NCBI GenBank assembly: GCA_034439575.1
Contig: JAWXAQ010000008.1
Location: 128,001-192,000 of the forward strand
Origin: Leptospira sp.
Lineage (GTDB): Bacteria > Spirochaetota > Leptospiria > Leptospirales > Leptospiraceae
Length of the DNA: 64,000 nucleotides
Reading direction: 5' to 3'
Position 1 is the stretch's first letter. Each line of letters opens with the position of its first letter. The position numbers were made by a program, and so were the translations under genes. A model generated the notes under the pieces. The model was not told the origin of the DNA. It made no database searches and saw only the letters and a program-made list of their open reading frames with translations. Below are positions 36,015 to 45,749 of the stretch, in pieces.

Positions 36015-37435
36015 TTCAGTTCCTCAGTTTTTGGTTGTGGATTTGTTTTTGAATTCGTTGGTAAAAAGATTCCGTAACCAACAGAGTAATTTACATTTTC
36101 AATAGCTTCCATTCGATCAGTTTGGAGTTTGAGCATTTCTACTACGCTCGTTCTATAAGTTTCAAAAAAGTCAGCAAACTCAAGTATGGTGATGTATTTT
36201 TTTTCGTAACTCATGATCATATCGAGTGATAAATTTGCATAATCTTTAAGATATGTATCTATAAATCTGCGATATAGTGCGTCCTTTACTCTTGCCGATT
36301 GAAACGCGATCGCTACTTCATTTTCTACTTCCAAAATTCGATTCTTTAATTCTTGTTTGCGCACAAGAATGGCTTTTTCGGCGGCTTGGATATTACCTTG
36401 ATTTCTATCAAAGAGAGGTACATTCAATTGAGCCGTGACCCCCCAATAATTTTGAAAGGCCGTTCCACCTCTGTTATACGTAGGTCCAAATGCAATGTCT
36501 GGAATCGCATTTGCATGTTGTAATTCTAAATTAGCTTCTTCATATTTGAGCGTTTGTAATGCTACTTTTAAATCAGGTCTGTAATCTCGTGCCTTTGCAA
36601 CGAGTTCTTCCAACTTTGCTTGATTAGGTTGGATCTGATCAAGTGTTGGTTCTTCCACTGCAGGGAAGAAGGCTACTTTCGGTTCTCTGTAACGATCATC
36701 ATTTAACAGAACCTTCAAATCAGATTCTTTTTCATAAACTTTAATGCTCATATCTTCTCTTTCTTTTTTTAGAAAGAAGAGGAGGGCTCTCAAACGAAGT
36801 AATTCCGCCTGCAAAATCGCCCTTCGTTTATAGGCTAGTTCTGAGGAAGATACTGTTTTTTCTATGGAGGCAATACTTTGGTCATAAAACACGAGAGCTT
36901 TGCGATAAAAATAGATAGTATAATAAGTGCGCCTAAGTTTAGTTAATAAGGCGCGTGCTAAATCAAAAAATTCTTGTTCACTGATTTTAGCATTTAATTC
37001 GGCGACCCGAACTCGTTTATCAATTTTTCCACCTAACAAAAATACTTGTTGGATTTGAACTACAGATTGGCCTGACCTTGTAGTATCAAAATACCTTTGT
37101 GTTGGTTCAGCAAAAATACTTTGATCGATAAAAATGTTTGGATTTGCGTATAGACCCGCTTGCATCACACCTGCTTTTTTAGCATCGATTTGAAACTTAG
37201 CGGCAATCAGAAGCAAATTGTTCTGCCAAAGCAATGTTTCTGCCGTTTCAATATCAATCTTTACATCCTTTCGTATGTCTTCTGGATAAAGTTCAGAACC
37301 AAAGGATGTCGGCGATTCATTTGAAAGCTGTCTGTCCAATGAGTTAACTGCTCTCTCACCTGGAGATTCTGATTGGCTTGTGAGATAAGCCGTCGGAAGC
37401 AGAATCAAGGATATGATCATTCTTTTAAAATTCAT
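36011..37435 (-). CDS. TolC-family outer membrane channel (CzcC-like)
   Basis: [31 protein letters not shown] motifs. Confidence 0.9.
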   Translation of the reverse strand: MNFKRMIISLILLPTAYLTSQSESPGERAVNSLDRQLSNESPTSFGSELYPEDIRKDVKIDIETAETLLWQNNLLLIAAKFQIDAKKAGVMQAGLYANPNIFIDQSIFAEPTQRYFDTTRSGQSVVQIQQVFLLGGKIDKRVRVAELNAKISEQEFFDLARALLTKLRRTYYTIYFYRKALVFYDQSIASIEKTVSSSELAYKRRAILQAELLRLRALLFFLKKEREDMSIKVYEKESDLKVLLNDDRYREPKVAFFPAVEEPTLDQIQPNQAKLEELVAKARDYRPDLKVALQTLKYEEANLELQHANAIPDIAFGPTYNRGGTAFQNYWGVTAQLNVPLFDRNQGNIQAAEKAILVRKQELKNRILEVENEVAIAFQSARVKDALYRRFIDTYLKDYANLSLDMIMSYEKKYITILEFADFFETYRTSVVEMLKLQTDRMEAIENVNYSVGYGIFLPTNSKTNPQPKTEELK

Positions 37436-37476
37436 CGTAAAGCCTGTGTTAAGTGTAAATATGTGATGTTAGACAT
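37432..37476 (-). CDS. Putative 14-aa leader peptide [14 protein letters not shown], translationally coupled to the TolC gene
   Basis: Strong SD AAGGAGG just upstream; its TGA overlaps the TolC ATG (ATGA). Confidence 0.45.
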   Translation of the reverse strand: MSNITYLHLTQALR

Positions 37477-37589
37477 CGGACCCTCCTTGTCGCGAAGCAA
37501 GATAACAATAAGGTAAGGTCAAGATATGATAAGGTTCTATATTCTAGAATTTATTATCAAAACTTTAGTTTTAACTTATTGTTTTGAAG

Positions 37590-37964
37590 CTATGTAAGGT
37601 TAGGTGGGGGTAAATTTAGTAATAGAAAGGAAAGTAAAAAGGTATGAGAACGATCGGATCTTAGCGAAAAGTGTGATGAAATAAATCCAAAATGAAAATG
37701 ATTTTCGCTAAAACCATCATAAACCAAATCCAAATAGTCACAGCGATTGCGCACAAAATTGGCAACCGTCTCTGAATCAAGATACTCAACTGCTTCTACG
37801 ACATCTTTAGTTTTATGATTATTTTTAGTATGGACTTTATTTGCTGTGGTAGAAGGTAAAAAAATCGAATCAAAACCGCCATCTTGTTCAGTCGGCAGTA
37901 GAATGAATGTTGTCAAAATGACAATCAGTAGATTCTGAATGATTTTTCTCAACATTTCCTCCAT
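37590..37964 (-). CDS. Small exported/membrane protein ending LNLPPPNLT (candidate regulatory uORF)
   Basis: N-terminal hydrophobic segment, His-containing C-terminal third, terminal LPPP; lies upstream of the efflux operon. Confidence 0.65.
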   Translation of the reverse strand: MEEMLRKIIQNLLIVILTTFILLPTEQDGGFDSIFLPSTTANKVHTKNNHKTKDVVEAVEYLDSETVANFVRNRCDYLDLVYDGFSENHFHFGFISSHFSLRSDRSHTFLLSFLLLNLPPPNLT

Positions 37965-38087
37965 GATCTTTTTGACGTATTAGCAAGCAATAATCTTTCT
38001 AAATAAAGGAAATAAGCTAATTTCATTTAGCGGTATGTACTAAAATCATTGCACATAATGTTTACTTAATTGAGGCAAAAAGGAGAC

Positions 38088-38115
38088 CATCTTTGCATAT
38101 AATAATGCAAAGATG
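38088..38115. promoter_or_regulatory. 11-bp perfect inverted repeat (operator or hairpin)
   Basis: CATCTTTGCAT-ataata-ATGCAAAGATG. Confidence 0.45.
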
Positions 38116-38164
38116 ATCACAAGGATGTTTGGCAAATGAGAAACCGCAGAATGTGAAATAAATA

Positions 38165-38208
38165 TAAAAACAACCTGTGTTCTAAACCATTTCGATTTAG
38201 AACACAGG
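38165..38208 (-). terminator. Rho-independent terminator/attenuator after the first LPPP ORF
   Basis: 13-bp stem CCTGTGTTCTAAA / TTTAGAACACAGG (38174-38208), followed on the minus strand by TTGTTTTT. Confidence 0.7.
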
Positions 38209-38226
38209 ATAAAAAGGGAGAGAGGT

Positions 38227-38568
38227 TTAAACGGGAGGGGGTAAACTCAAATATGAGTCTTGTAAAATATAAGAAAACGCGGAGTTGTTTTGAAAAATAG
38301 AAGTTAGGTGATGATTTTTGAAATCCAAATACTCGGAAATTTCACGAGCCTTGTTTTTATCATCCGAATCTTTGTCTTTTGATTCTTCTTGCTCAAATGT
38401 GCCATGAATTGTGACCGAAGATTCACTGACTAAGGTTCTTTTTTGTCCGACTCTATTTCCTTGGGAGCCTTTGAGCCGAACGGTCAACTTATCATTGCTG
38501 AGAAATGCGAAAGCAAGGCATAGCGATAGCACTGAAATCCCGAATGCTTTAACTATTTTCTTCCACAT
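38227..38568 (-). CDS. Small exported protein ending YLSLPPPV (candidate regulatory uORF)
   Basis: MWKKIVKAFGISVLSLCLAFAF signal/TM segment, acidic linker, terminal LPPP. ATG 38568 preferred over 38607. Confidence 0.6.
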   Translation of the reverse strand: MWKKIVKAFGISVLSLCLAFAFLSNDKLTVRLKGSQGNRVGQKRTLVSESSVTIHGTFEQEESKDKDSDDKNKAREISEYLDFKNHHLTSIFQNNSAFSYILQDSYLSLPPPV

Positions 38569-38642
38569 GCAGAACATTGTATCATGAATCGGATTAAAAT
38601 CTAGCATCTTCTATACAAAATGCTGAAAAATAAGTAAAATTT

Positions 38643-40214
38643 TTATAAAATCTTGCCCAACCACTCAATTCGGAATAAATCTAAGCGGCGATCTAGCATA
38701 TTTCGCACTGATCCTTGCTTTCGGACTTCTTTGAGTAAATCTAAATCCAAGTCGGCAATGAGCGTCATTTCTGTGTTGGGAGTGGCTTCTGCGGCGATAG
38801 CATCGGGCGGAAAGGAAAAATCTGAGGGGGTAAAGACGGCGGATTGAGAATATTGGATGTCCATATTTTCGATGTTCGGGAGGTTTCCGACGGAACCTGT
38901 CATCACAACATAAATTTGGTTTTCGATAGCGCGGGCTTCGGCACATTTACGAACTCTGAGGTATCCGTTTTTCGTATCTGTGTAATAAGGAACAAATAAG
39001 ATATCGATCCCCCTTTCGCGGAGGATACGCGCAAGTTCTGGAAATTCCACATCATAACAAATGAGAATCCCGATTCTACCTGCATCCGTTTCAAAAACGC
39101 GCAAAGTATCACCACCGATGACTCCCCAATACGAACGTTCGTCAGGTGTAGCATGAAGTTTGTATTGCACGTCATGGGTTCCGTCTCTGCGACAAAGAAA
39201 GGATACATTTCTCAATTCTTGGTCTTCATATTCAAACATAGACCCAGTGATGATATTTATATTATAAGAGACTGCGAGTTTGACCATTTCGTCTCGCATT
39301 TTTTCTGTATAGTCAGCTAATGCGCGTACGGCGTTTGATGCATTCATTTTATTGAATTGTGTGAGCAGTGGTGCATAAAAGAATTCAGGGAACAAAACAA
39401 AATCTGCATTGTAACTAGCGACAGTATCAACAAAAAATTCTACTTGGTCCCTGAGTTCTTCGAAAGATTTTACGGAACGCATCTGCCATTGAACAGCGCC
39501 CACACGTACAACGGTTTTTTTGCCTCCAATCAGTCGTTCTTTTTCTTGGTGATAGATATTGAGCCATTCAAGTAGGCAGGCATATGAACTATAACCTTTG
39601 TTTGCTGGGAAGTAATTTGTGACGATTCTTCGTACATGAAAGTCATTTGCTAATTGAAAGGATAAAACTGGATCAAAAAGTTCTTTTTGTTTGACTAGGT
39701 TTACATATTCTTGAGGACTCATTTCCCCTTCATGATTTTTGTAACCTGGTAACCACCCACCAACAATGATTCGGCGAAGATTGAGTTTTTCACAAACTTC
39801 TTTACGAGCATCATAGAGTCTACGTCCAAGACGTAATCCTTGGTACTTTGGATTTACAAAAACATCGACGCCATATAAAGTATCACCATCGGGATTGTGA
39901 TTCGGGAGACCGCCTCCACCTGTGATCGTGTCATATTTATGATTATCTCCATGTTCGCTGTATTTTACGATCATAGAAATAGCACCCGCGATAACTTTGC
40001 CTTTGTCTTCTATGGCAATTTGACCTTCAGGAAATATTGAAATTTGTCTTTCAAATTCTTCTTTGGTCCAAGCTCCATCAAATTGATTAGAAAAAACAGT
40101 ATCCATAATACTGCGGACATTTTCGTAATCTCCAGGGCGAAGGTATCTAAGCTCTAATTTGTGTTTTTCGGATTTTGTCGCTTTTTTATTTTTTGACTTT
40201 TTTTTTGCGACCAT
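38643..40214 (-). CDS. Bifunctional GNAT acetyltransferase / carbon-nitrogen hydrolase
   Basis: GNAT VFVNPKYQGLRLGRRL; nitrilase triad FPEF, QYKLH, ICYDVEFPE. Confidence 0.9.
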   Translation of the reverse strand: MVAKKKSKNKKATKSEKHKLELRYLRPGDYENVRSIMDTVFSNQFDGAWTKEEFERQISIFPEGQIAIEDKGKVIAGAISMIVKYSEHGDNHKYDTITGGGGLPNHNPDGDTLYGVDVFVNPKYQGLRLGRRLYDARKEVCEKLNLRRIIVGGWLPGYKNHEGEMSPQEYVNLVKQKELFDPVLSFQLANDFHVRRIVTNYFPANKGYSSYACLLEWLNIYHQEKERLIGGKKTVVRVGAVQWQMRSVKSFEELRDQVEFFVDTVASYNADFVLFPEFFYAPLLTQFNKMNASNAVRALADYTEKMRDEMVKLAVSYNINIITGSMFEYEDQELRNVSFLCRRDGTHDVQYKLHATPDERSYWGVIGGDTLRVFETDAGRIGILICYDVEFPELARILRERGIDILFVPYYTDTKNGYLRVRKCAEARAIENQIYVVMTGSVGNLPNIENMDIQYSQSAVFTPSDFSFPPDAIAAEATPNTEMTLIADLDLDLLKEVRKQGSVRNMLDRRLDLFRIEWLGKIL

Positions 40215-40228
40215 TGTTTATCACCTAA

Positions 40229-41641
40229 CTATAACACTTTTCCAGGATTCATAATTCCTTTTGGATCAAAAACATTTTTGATCGCTTTCATAGCTTCTAT
40301 TTCTTCGGGCGATCTAGAAAAACCCAAATAATCTTTCTTAAGAAGTCCAATGCCATGTTCAGCCGAAATAGAACCTTTGTGTTTTTGTATCAGGGCAAAC
40401 ATCTCAGGATCAACTTCTTTGCATCTTTTAAAAAAATCAATATCAGTTAATTCTTTTGGTTTAACAATGTTCAAGTGCAAATTGCCATCGCCAATGTGTC
40501 CGAACAATGCTATTTCAAATCCAGAATACTTTGAAGAAAGTAGTGTTTCCATGTCACTGAGAAAGGCTTCCATATTCCGAAGGGGCAGAGAGATGTCATT
40601 TTTATGAACTGTATAGGCTAAGGATAATGATTCGGAAATGCCTTCTCTGTATTTCCAAAACGTTTGGTTCTGGCGCGAATTTTGGGCAATGGAGCCATCT
40701 GTAATTAATTCTTTTTCGGTGATGGATTCGAGAATTGTAAATAATTTTTCTTCATCAGTCTCTTCATTGATTTCATATTCCATTAGCACATAATATTTGC
40801 TAGGTTCTGGGAAGGGATCTGCAACACCAAGATGTTCTTTTACTTTTTCCAAACAATAATCAGTGAGGAATTCAAAGGCAAGGAGTGGCAAAGTGAAGTT
40901 ATGTGTTTCTTTAAATATCTCTAAGATGTTTTTGTATTCGGGCACAGCAAGAAAAACTACACGGATATCTTTTGGCGGTTTTGTGAGTTTGACGACTGTT
41001 TCGGTAATGATACCTAATGTACCTTCGGAACCAATAAACAGATGTTTGAGATCATAACCAGTATTGTTCTTTAGAATTTCCCCATTGAACTTCATGACCT
41101 CACCTTTTCCGGTAACAACAGTTAACCCTAATATCCAATCTCGAATGAGTCCATAACGCACAACTCTCACCCCACCAGCATTTGTGGCAATATTTCCCCC
41201 GATATGGCTAGAACCTGTGGCCGCAAAATCTACTGGAAAATAAAAACCTCTTTCTTCTGATTGCGTGTGTAATTCTTTTGTGATCATGCCAGCTTGCACA
41301 TGTAATGTGCCAAGAAAAGGATCAAAATCTATTACTTTGTTCATTTTGCTGAGTGAAATTACGATTTCCTCATTTTTCGCAACAGCCCCTCCCGCATAAC
41401 CTGTCCTGCCACCTGAAGGAACGATAGAAATATTGTTTTGATAGGCGTACTTTACAATTTTTGCGACTTCCTCAGTCGTTTCCGGAAATAGTAGTACATT
41501 GTAATTTGGTGAGTATACTTTTGTGCGATCAATGCCGTATGTGTTGAAAGTATTTGTATCAAATTTGCCATCGTTTTTGGAAAATACTTTTTCTGTTCCA
41601 ATTAGTGCTGAAAGATCCGAAATCATTTGAGAAGTAGTCAT
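40229..41641 (-). CDS. FAD-binding oxidoreductase (GlcD/D-2-hydroxyacid dehydrogenase family)
   Basis: PSGGRTG, IGGNIATNAGG, GSEGTLG, GHIGDGNLH, SAEHGIG, DPKGIMNPGK. Confidence 0.9.
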   Translation of the reverse strand: MTTSQMISDLSALIGTEKVFSKNDGKFDTNTFNTYGIDRTKVYSPNYNVLLFPETTEEVAKIVKYAYQNNISIVPSGGRTGYAGGAVAKNEEIVISLSKMNKVIDFDPFLGTLHVQAGMITKELHTQSEERGFYFPVDFAATGSSHIGGNIATNAGGVRVVRYGLIRDWILGLTVVTGKGEVMKFNGEILKNNTGYDLKHLFIGSEGTLGIITETVVKLTKPPKDIRVVFLAVPEYKNILEIFKETHNFTLPLLAFEFLTDYCLEKVKEHLGVADPFPEPSKYYVLMEYEINEETDEEKLFTILESITEKELITDGSIAQNSRQNQTFWKYREGISESLSLAYTVHKNDISLPLRNMEAFLSDMETLLSSKYSGFEIALFGHIGDGNLHLNIVKPKELTDIDFFKRCKEVDPEMFALIQKHKGSISAEHGIGLLKKDYLGFSRSPEEIEAMKAIKNVFDPKGIMNPGKVL

Positions 41642-41655
41642 AAAATTTCCTTAAT

Positions 41656-43734
41656 CTAAATTTCAACCAAGTCAATTTGCGAATTGACGGCTGGGTCATC
41701 ATCTCCTGGCATTAGGCGAGTGTATGTTCCATCCGAATTGAGACTACGAGCTTGTGTATTGTCTCGCAAAAGCAGATCAAAAATTTTGTTGATTCGTTTT
41801 TTATGTTTTTCTGTTAAAATTGGAAACATAACTTCAATTCGGCGCTGGAAGTTTCTTGGCATACAATCCGCAGAGGCAAGATACACTTCGGATTTGCCTG
41901 CATTTTGAAATAAGTAAATACGGGAATGTTCCAGATAACGGCCAACAATGGAACGAACACTAATGTTATTGGAAACACCTGGAATGCCTGGACGAAGGCA
42001 ACAGATCCCACGAATGATCAGGTCAATTTTTACACCCGCTTGCGATGCTTCATACAATTTCATAATGATATCAGGGTCAACAAGCGAATTCATTTTAAAT
42101 ATGATACGAGCTTCTTTTTTTGCGAGCGCATTGTCTGCTTCTCTTTGTATAAGTCTCAGAAATTCTTCTTTGAGAAATGTGGGTGCCGCATGAATACGTG
42201 TTAGTCTAGGCATCTTGCCCGAACTAGTGATCGTATTAAAAAGTATGGCTACATCTTCTGTAATTTCTGGATTTGCTGTGAAAAGGCTGATGTCTGTATA
42301 AAATCTGGCTGTGGTGGAATTGTAATTTCCTGTGCCTAGATGCACATAACGATTTAGTTTGTCATCTTCTCTACGAACTATCAGTAACATTTTGCAATGG
42401 ATTTTTAAACCGACGACTCCATACACAACATGCACGCCTGAATCTTCCAGTTTTTTGGCCCATCGAATATTTCGTTCTTCATCAAAGCGTGCTTTTAATT
42501 CAACGAGAACAGTTACTTGTTTTCCATTCTCAGCCGCTTCACCTAAGTATTGTATAATGGGTGAGTCTCCAGAAGTCCTATATAATGTCATTTTGATCGC
42601 CAACACTTTCGGATCTTGGCTTGCGATCTTTAACATATCTTCTATAGATTTAAAACTTTCGTATGGATGGTGGAGAAGGTGGTCATTTTTTCTAATTTCT
42701 GAAAAAATGGATTCACTCTTTTTGATGGCAAATCCTGCTTTGGGAACGGGATAAGAAAATTTCAAATGACTAGTTTTTGGTAGTGATTGAAAAAACATCA
42801 AATCGTTTAAGTTGAGTAAGGTGGGAATCTCCATGACTTGGTAATCATCCAATTCTAATAAATCCCTCAAAATATCTCTGATGTGACCTGCTCCACTATG
42901 AACATCCAAACGAATGGCATCACCCCACATTCGATTTTTTAATTCATTTTTCATAGTTGTAAGTAAATCACCTATGTTTTGTTCTTCGTTGATGGAAATG
43001 TCTGCATCACGAACAATTTTAAATGTATGAATTTGTTTTACGTTCATACCATAGAAAAGATCACCTAAATGAAGTTTGATTATTTCTTCTAATGGGAAAT
43101 ATCGTCTTTCTTTACTATCTGATTTTTGGGGTAATTGTAAAAATCGAGGCAATACACTTGGAACTTGCACAATCGCAAAAAGTTCTTTTACTTTATTTTT
43201 ATCATCATCCGAATAAAGAGTGATTCCTAAATTGAGCGTTCGATTTAAAATATGAGGAAAAGGATGGGATGGATCTATCGCGAGTGGTGTGAGTATCGAT
43301 GATACTTCTCGTTTATAATAATCTTTTACAAATTGTATATCATCGCCCGCAAGGTCTGCTGGATCTTGGATCACTAAAATATTGTTTTCTTTAAGCTCTG
43401 TTAGGATGTCATCCAAACAAGTATACTGTTGTTCTACCATTGTGGATACTTTTTGGTAGAGTTCGGAAACGACTTCTGAGGTTCGTTTGCCATTTAGGCC
43501 CTTTTCTTCTATGCCTGCTTTTTTTAAATTGATAAGGCCTGCGACTCTCACCATGAAAAATTCATCCAGATTTGACTCTGTGATGCATAAAAATTTGAGT
43601 CGTTCTAAAATTGGATTTGTTTTGTCTAAGGCTTCGGCTAGGACTCGGAAATTGAAATCAACCCAAGAAAGTTCACGATCAAAGAAGATATTTGGGTTTC
43701 CAATTTCTATTTTTTCTGGCACACTAGCAGTCAT
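41656..43734 (-). CDS. ppk1: Polyphosphate kinase 1
   Basis: RELSWVDFN.RV, NLDEFFMVRVA, HHPYESF, ELKARFDE, KIHCK, GTGNYN, LEHSR, SADCMPRN. ATG at 43734. Confidence 0.96.
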   Translation of the reverse strand: MTASVPEKIEIGNPNIFFDRELSWVDFNFRVLAEALDKTNPILERLKFLCITESNLDEFFMVRVAGLINLKKAGIEEKGLNGKRTSEVVSELYQKVSTMVEQQYTCLDDILTELKENNILVIQDPADLAGDDIQFVKDYYKREVSSILTPLAIDPSHPFPHILNRTLNLGITLYSDDDKNKVKELFAIVQVPSVLPRFLQLPQKSDSKERRYFPLEEIIKLHLGDLFYGMNVKQIHTFKIVRDADISINEEQNIGDLLTTMKNELKNRMWGDAIRLDVHSGAGHIRDILRDLLELDDYQVMEIPTLLNLNDLMFFQSLPKTSHLKFSYPVPKAGFAIKKSESIFSEIRKNDHLLHHPYESFKSIEDMLKIASQDPKVLAIKMTLYRTSGDSPIIQYLGEAAENGKQVTVLVELKARFDEERNIRWAKKLEDSGVHVVYGVVGLKIHCKMLLIVRREDDKLNRYVHLGTGNYNSTTARFYTDISLFTANPEITEDVAILFNTITSSGKMPRLTRIHAAPTFLKEEFLRLIQREADNALAKKEARIIFKMNSLVDPDIIMKLYEASQAGVKIDLIIRGICCLRPGIPGVSNNISVRSIVGRYLEHSRIYLFQNAGKSEVYLASADCMPRNFQRRIEVMFPILTEKHKKRINKIFDLLLRDNTQARSLNSDGTYTRLMPGDDDPAVNSQIDLVEI

Positions 43735-43772
43735 AATTCTAGAATTCGGGAAGGAAAAATTCTGTAAATTCC

Positions 43773-43799
43773 TAATCATTTAGAAGAATTCGACGACAC
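43773..43799 (+). promoter_or_regulatory. Weak candidate sigma-28 promoter for fliD
   Basis: TAAT-N15-GACGACAC, 26 nt upstream of the fliD ATG. Confidence 0.3.
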
Positions 43800-43825
43800 T
43801 AGAATTGAGGGTTATAGGGAAACAG

Positions 43826-45748
43826 ATGCCAGCATACACAATGCCAGGTCTAATGACCGGCCAAAATACCAATGAAATCGTAAAAAAACTCGTCGAATTG
43901 GAACGAAGGCCCATTAAACGTTGGGAAACTGAGAACGAATATGCAAAAACCCAGGTGCAAGTTTGGAATGAAGTTAAAAATTTAACAGCAAACCTCCAAA
44001 CAAAAACGCGCGCCCTGACTTCTTTTACAGCACCTTTTGCCACAAAATCTATCACATCCTCCACAGAAGGAGTGATCACAGGGGAAGCTTCACGCGCTGC
44101 CAAATCTGGGGAAAGGCCAATTGAAATCGTTGAACTTGCCGCCAAACACCAAGTTTCTGGTGTGGAAGTCGACACAGATGTGAAATTACCTGCTGGAACA
44201 TTTACAATTATCTCAGGAAATCATTCAGAAAAAATTACATTTACAGGCGGGACTCTCTCTGACTTATCAGCTAGCATTCGTAATGTGGCAGGAAGTATCG
44301 CTCAATCTACAATTATCAAAATTGATAAAGACTCATCTCTCATGACTGTGATTGCAGTGAAGACAGGAAAATTGAATGCATTGCAATTTTCTGATCCAGA
44401 TGGCATCTTAAAATTGGCAGGTCTTGTCGGTGAAAATAAAGCTGGTGGAGAAACTGTCATCACACCCATCTCACTCGATATAACGAGCGCTATTCCCTAT
44501 GAAGAGACTAAATACAAAAATACGATTTTACCTGGAAACACTCCGAACAAAACTGAAACAGGTATCATTTTCAAACCAGATACTGCATTTTTGTTTTCCA
44601 ATGAGAAGAATGAAATCCCACCACGCGCCTATTTAGAGTTTAGTGTTGTAGGTGAGGCGCCGGCTGTTTGGGAAATGGGATTTATTTTTGAAAGAGAAGG
44701 AAATCTCAGAACCAAATTAATTCCTGTTGTCGCAAAAGATGGGAAATACCAATTGCAAATCGGTGATCTGGCAGAAGGGAAAAACCTAAAAAAAATAATC
44801 ATCACAAATACTTCTGCGGCTGATATACAACTCGGATCAGTTGCACTGATTGCACCACCAAAACCTGGTACGGCGGAACCTATGAAAGTTCTAGCCGAAG
44901 CAAAAGATGCCAAGTTTAAAATTGACGGAGTAGAAATTACACGTGAATCAAATGAAGCCATTGCGGATGTTTTGGAAGGAATATCATTTAACATTCATAA
45001 AGTTACTACAGAACCTGTCACTCTAAACATACATGTAGATCACCAAAAAGGTATGACACTTGTTAAAGAGTGGGTTCAGGCATATAATGATCTTATGAAA
45101 TTTTCTAAAGAAGTAACTTCTGTAGAAAAAAATTCAAAAATTTCAGATGCGAAACCTTCCGAAAATACAAAGGATTTAGATATTTCCAAAGAATTTTGGG
45201 ATAACAAAGTTAAGTCGGGAATTCTTGCAGGAGAGAATTCTGTTTTAAGACTAATTGCCAGTATGAAAACTGTGGCTAACTCGTATTATCCGGCAACGAA
45301 AGATGGTGGTTATCGAGTTTTAACAGATATTGGAATATCGACTGGTGCCGTCGGTTCAAATTGGGAAAAAATCCAGGAAGGATTACTTGTCGTAGACGAT
45401 GAAAAACTCGCATCAGCATTGGGTGATAATCCAGATGGTCTTCGTGAATTGTTCGCATCCGATACAAATAATGATGCCAAAATGGAAGATGGGGTTGGTA
45501 TCAGATTATTAGATACACTAAAACCTTACAATCAGTATGCGTCAGGAATTATCACGAGTAAGGTGAAGTTAATTGAAGAAAATGTTGCTGGAAATAATAA
45601 AAAGATCAAAGAACACGAATCCCATTTGGTCGGGTATGAAGCAAAATTAAAACAAAGATTTCTCTATATGGAACAAGGCGTAGGGAAAAACAAATCAGTC
45701 GGAAATTATTTGCAAAATAATATGTTTAGAGGAAACGGTCAGGAATAA
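43826..45748 (+). CDS. fliD: Flagellar filament capping protein FliD
   Basis: PGL.TG..TNEIVKKLVELE N-terminus; AKDAKFKIDGVEITRESN...EGISF, WV.AYN, LTDIGI; C-terminal coiled coil LKQRF..ME. Confidence 0.92.
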   Translation: MPAYTMPGLMTGQNTNEIVKKLVELERRPIKRWETENEYAKTQVQVWNEVKNLTANLQTKTRALTSFTAPFATKSITSSTEGVITGEASRAAKSGERPIEIVELAAKHQVSGVEVDTDVKLPAGTFTIISGNHSEKITFTGGTLSDLSASIRNVAGSIAQSTIIKIDKDSSLMTVIAVKTGKLNALQFSDPDGILKLAGLVGENKAGGETVITPISLDITSAIPYEETKYKNTILPGNTPNKTETGIIFKPDTAFLFSNEKNEIPPRAYLEFSVVGEAPAVWEMGFIFEREGNLRTKLIPVVAKDGKYQLQIGDLAEGKNLKKIIITNTSAADIQLGSVALIAPPKPGTAEPMKVLAEAKDAKFKIDGVEITRESNEAIADVLEGISFNIHKVTTEPVTLNIHVDHQKGMTLVKEWVQAYNDLMKFSKEVTSVEKNSKISDAKPSENTKDLDISKEFWDNKVKSGILAGENSVLRLIASMKTVANSYYPATKDGGYRVLTDIGISTGAVGSNWEKIQEGLLVVDDEKLASALGDNPDGLRELFASDTNNDAKMEDGVGIRLLDTLKPYNQYASGIITSKVKLIEENVAGNNKKIKEHESHLVGYEAKLKQRFLYMEQGVGKNKSVGNYLQNNMFRGNGQE

Positions 45749-45749
45749 T

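Noticed and set aside
40198-40206. A9 tract at the start of the GNAT-nitrilase gene as a phase-variation site
   Set aside because: The ORF is intact and such tracts are common in this AT-rich DNA; nothing indicates variation.
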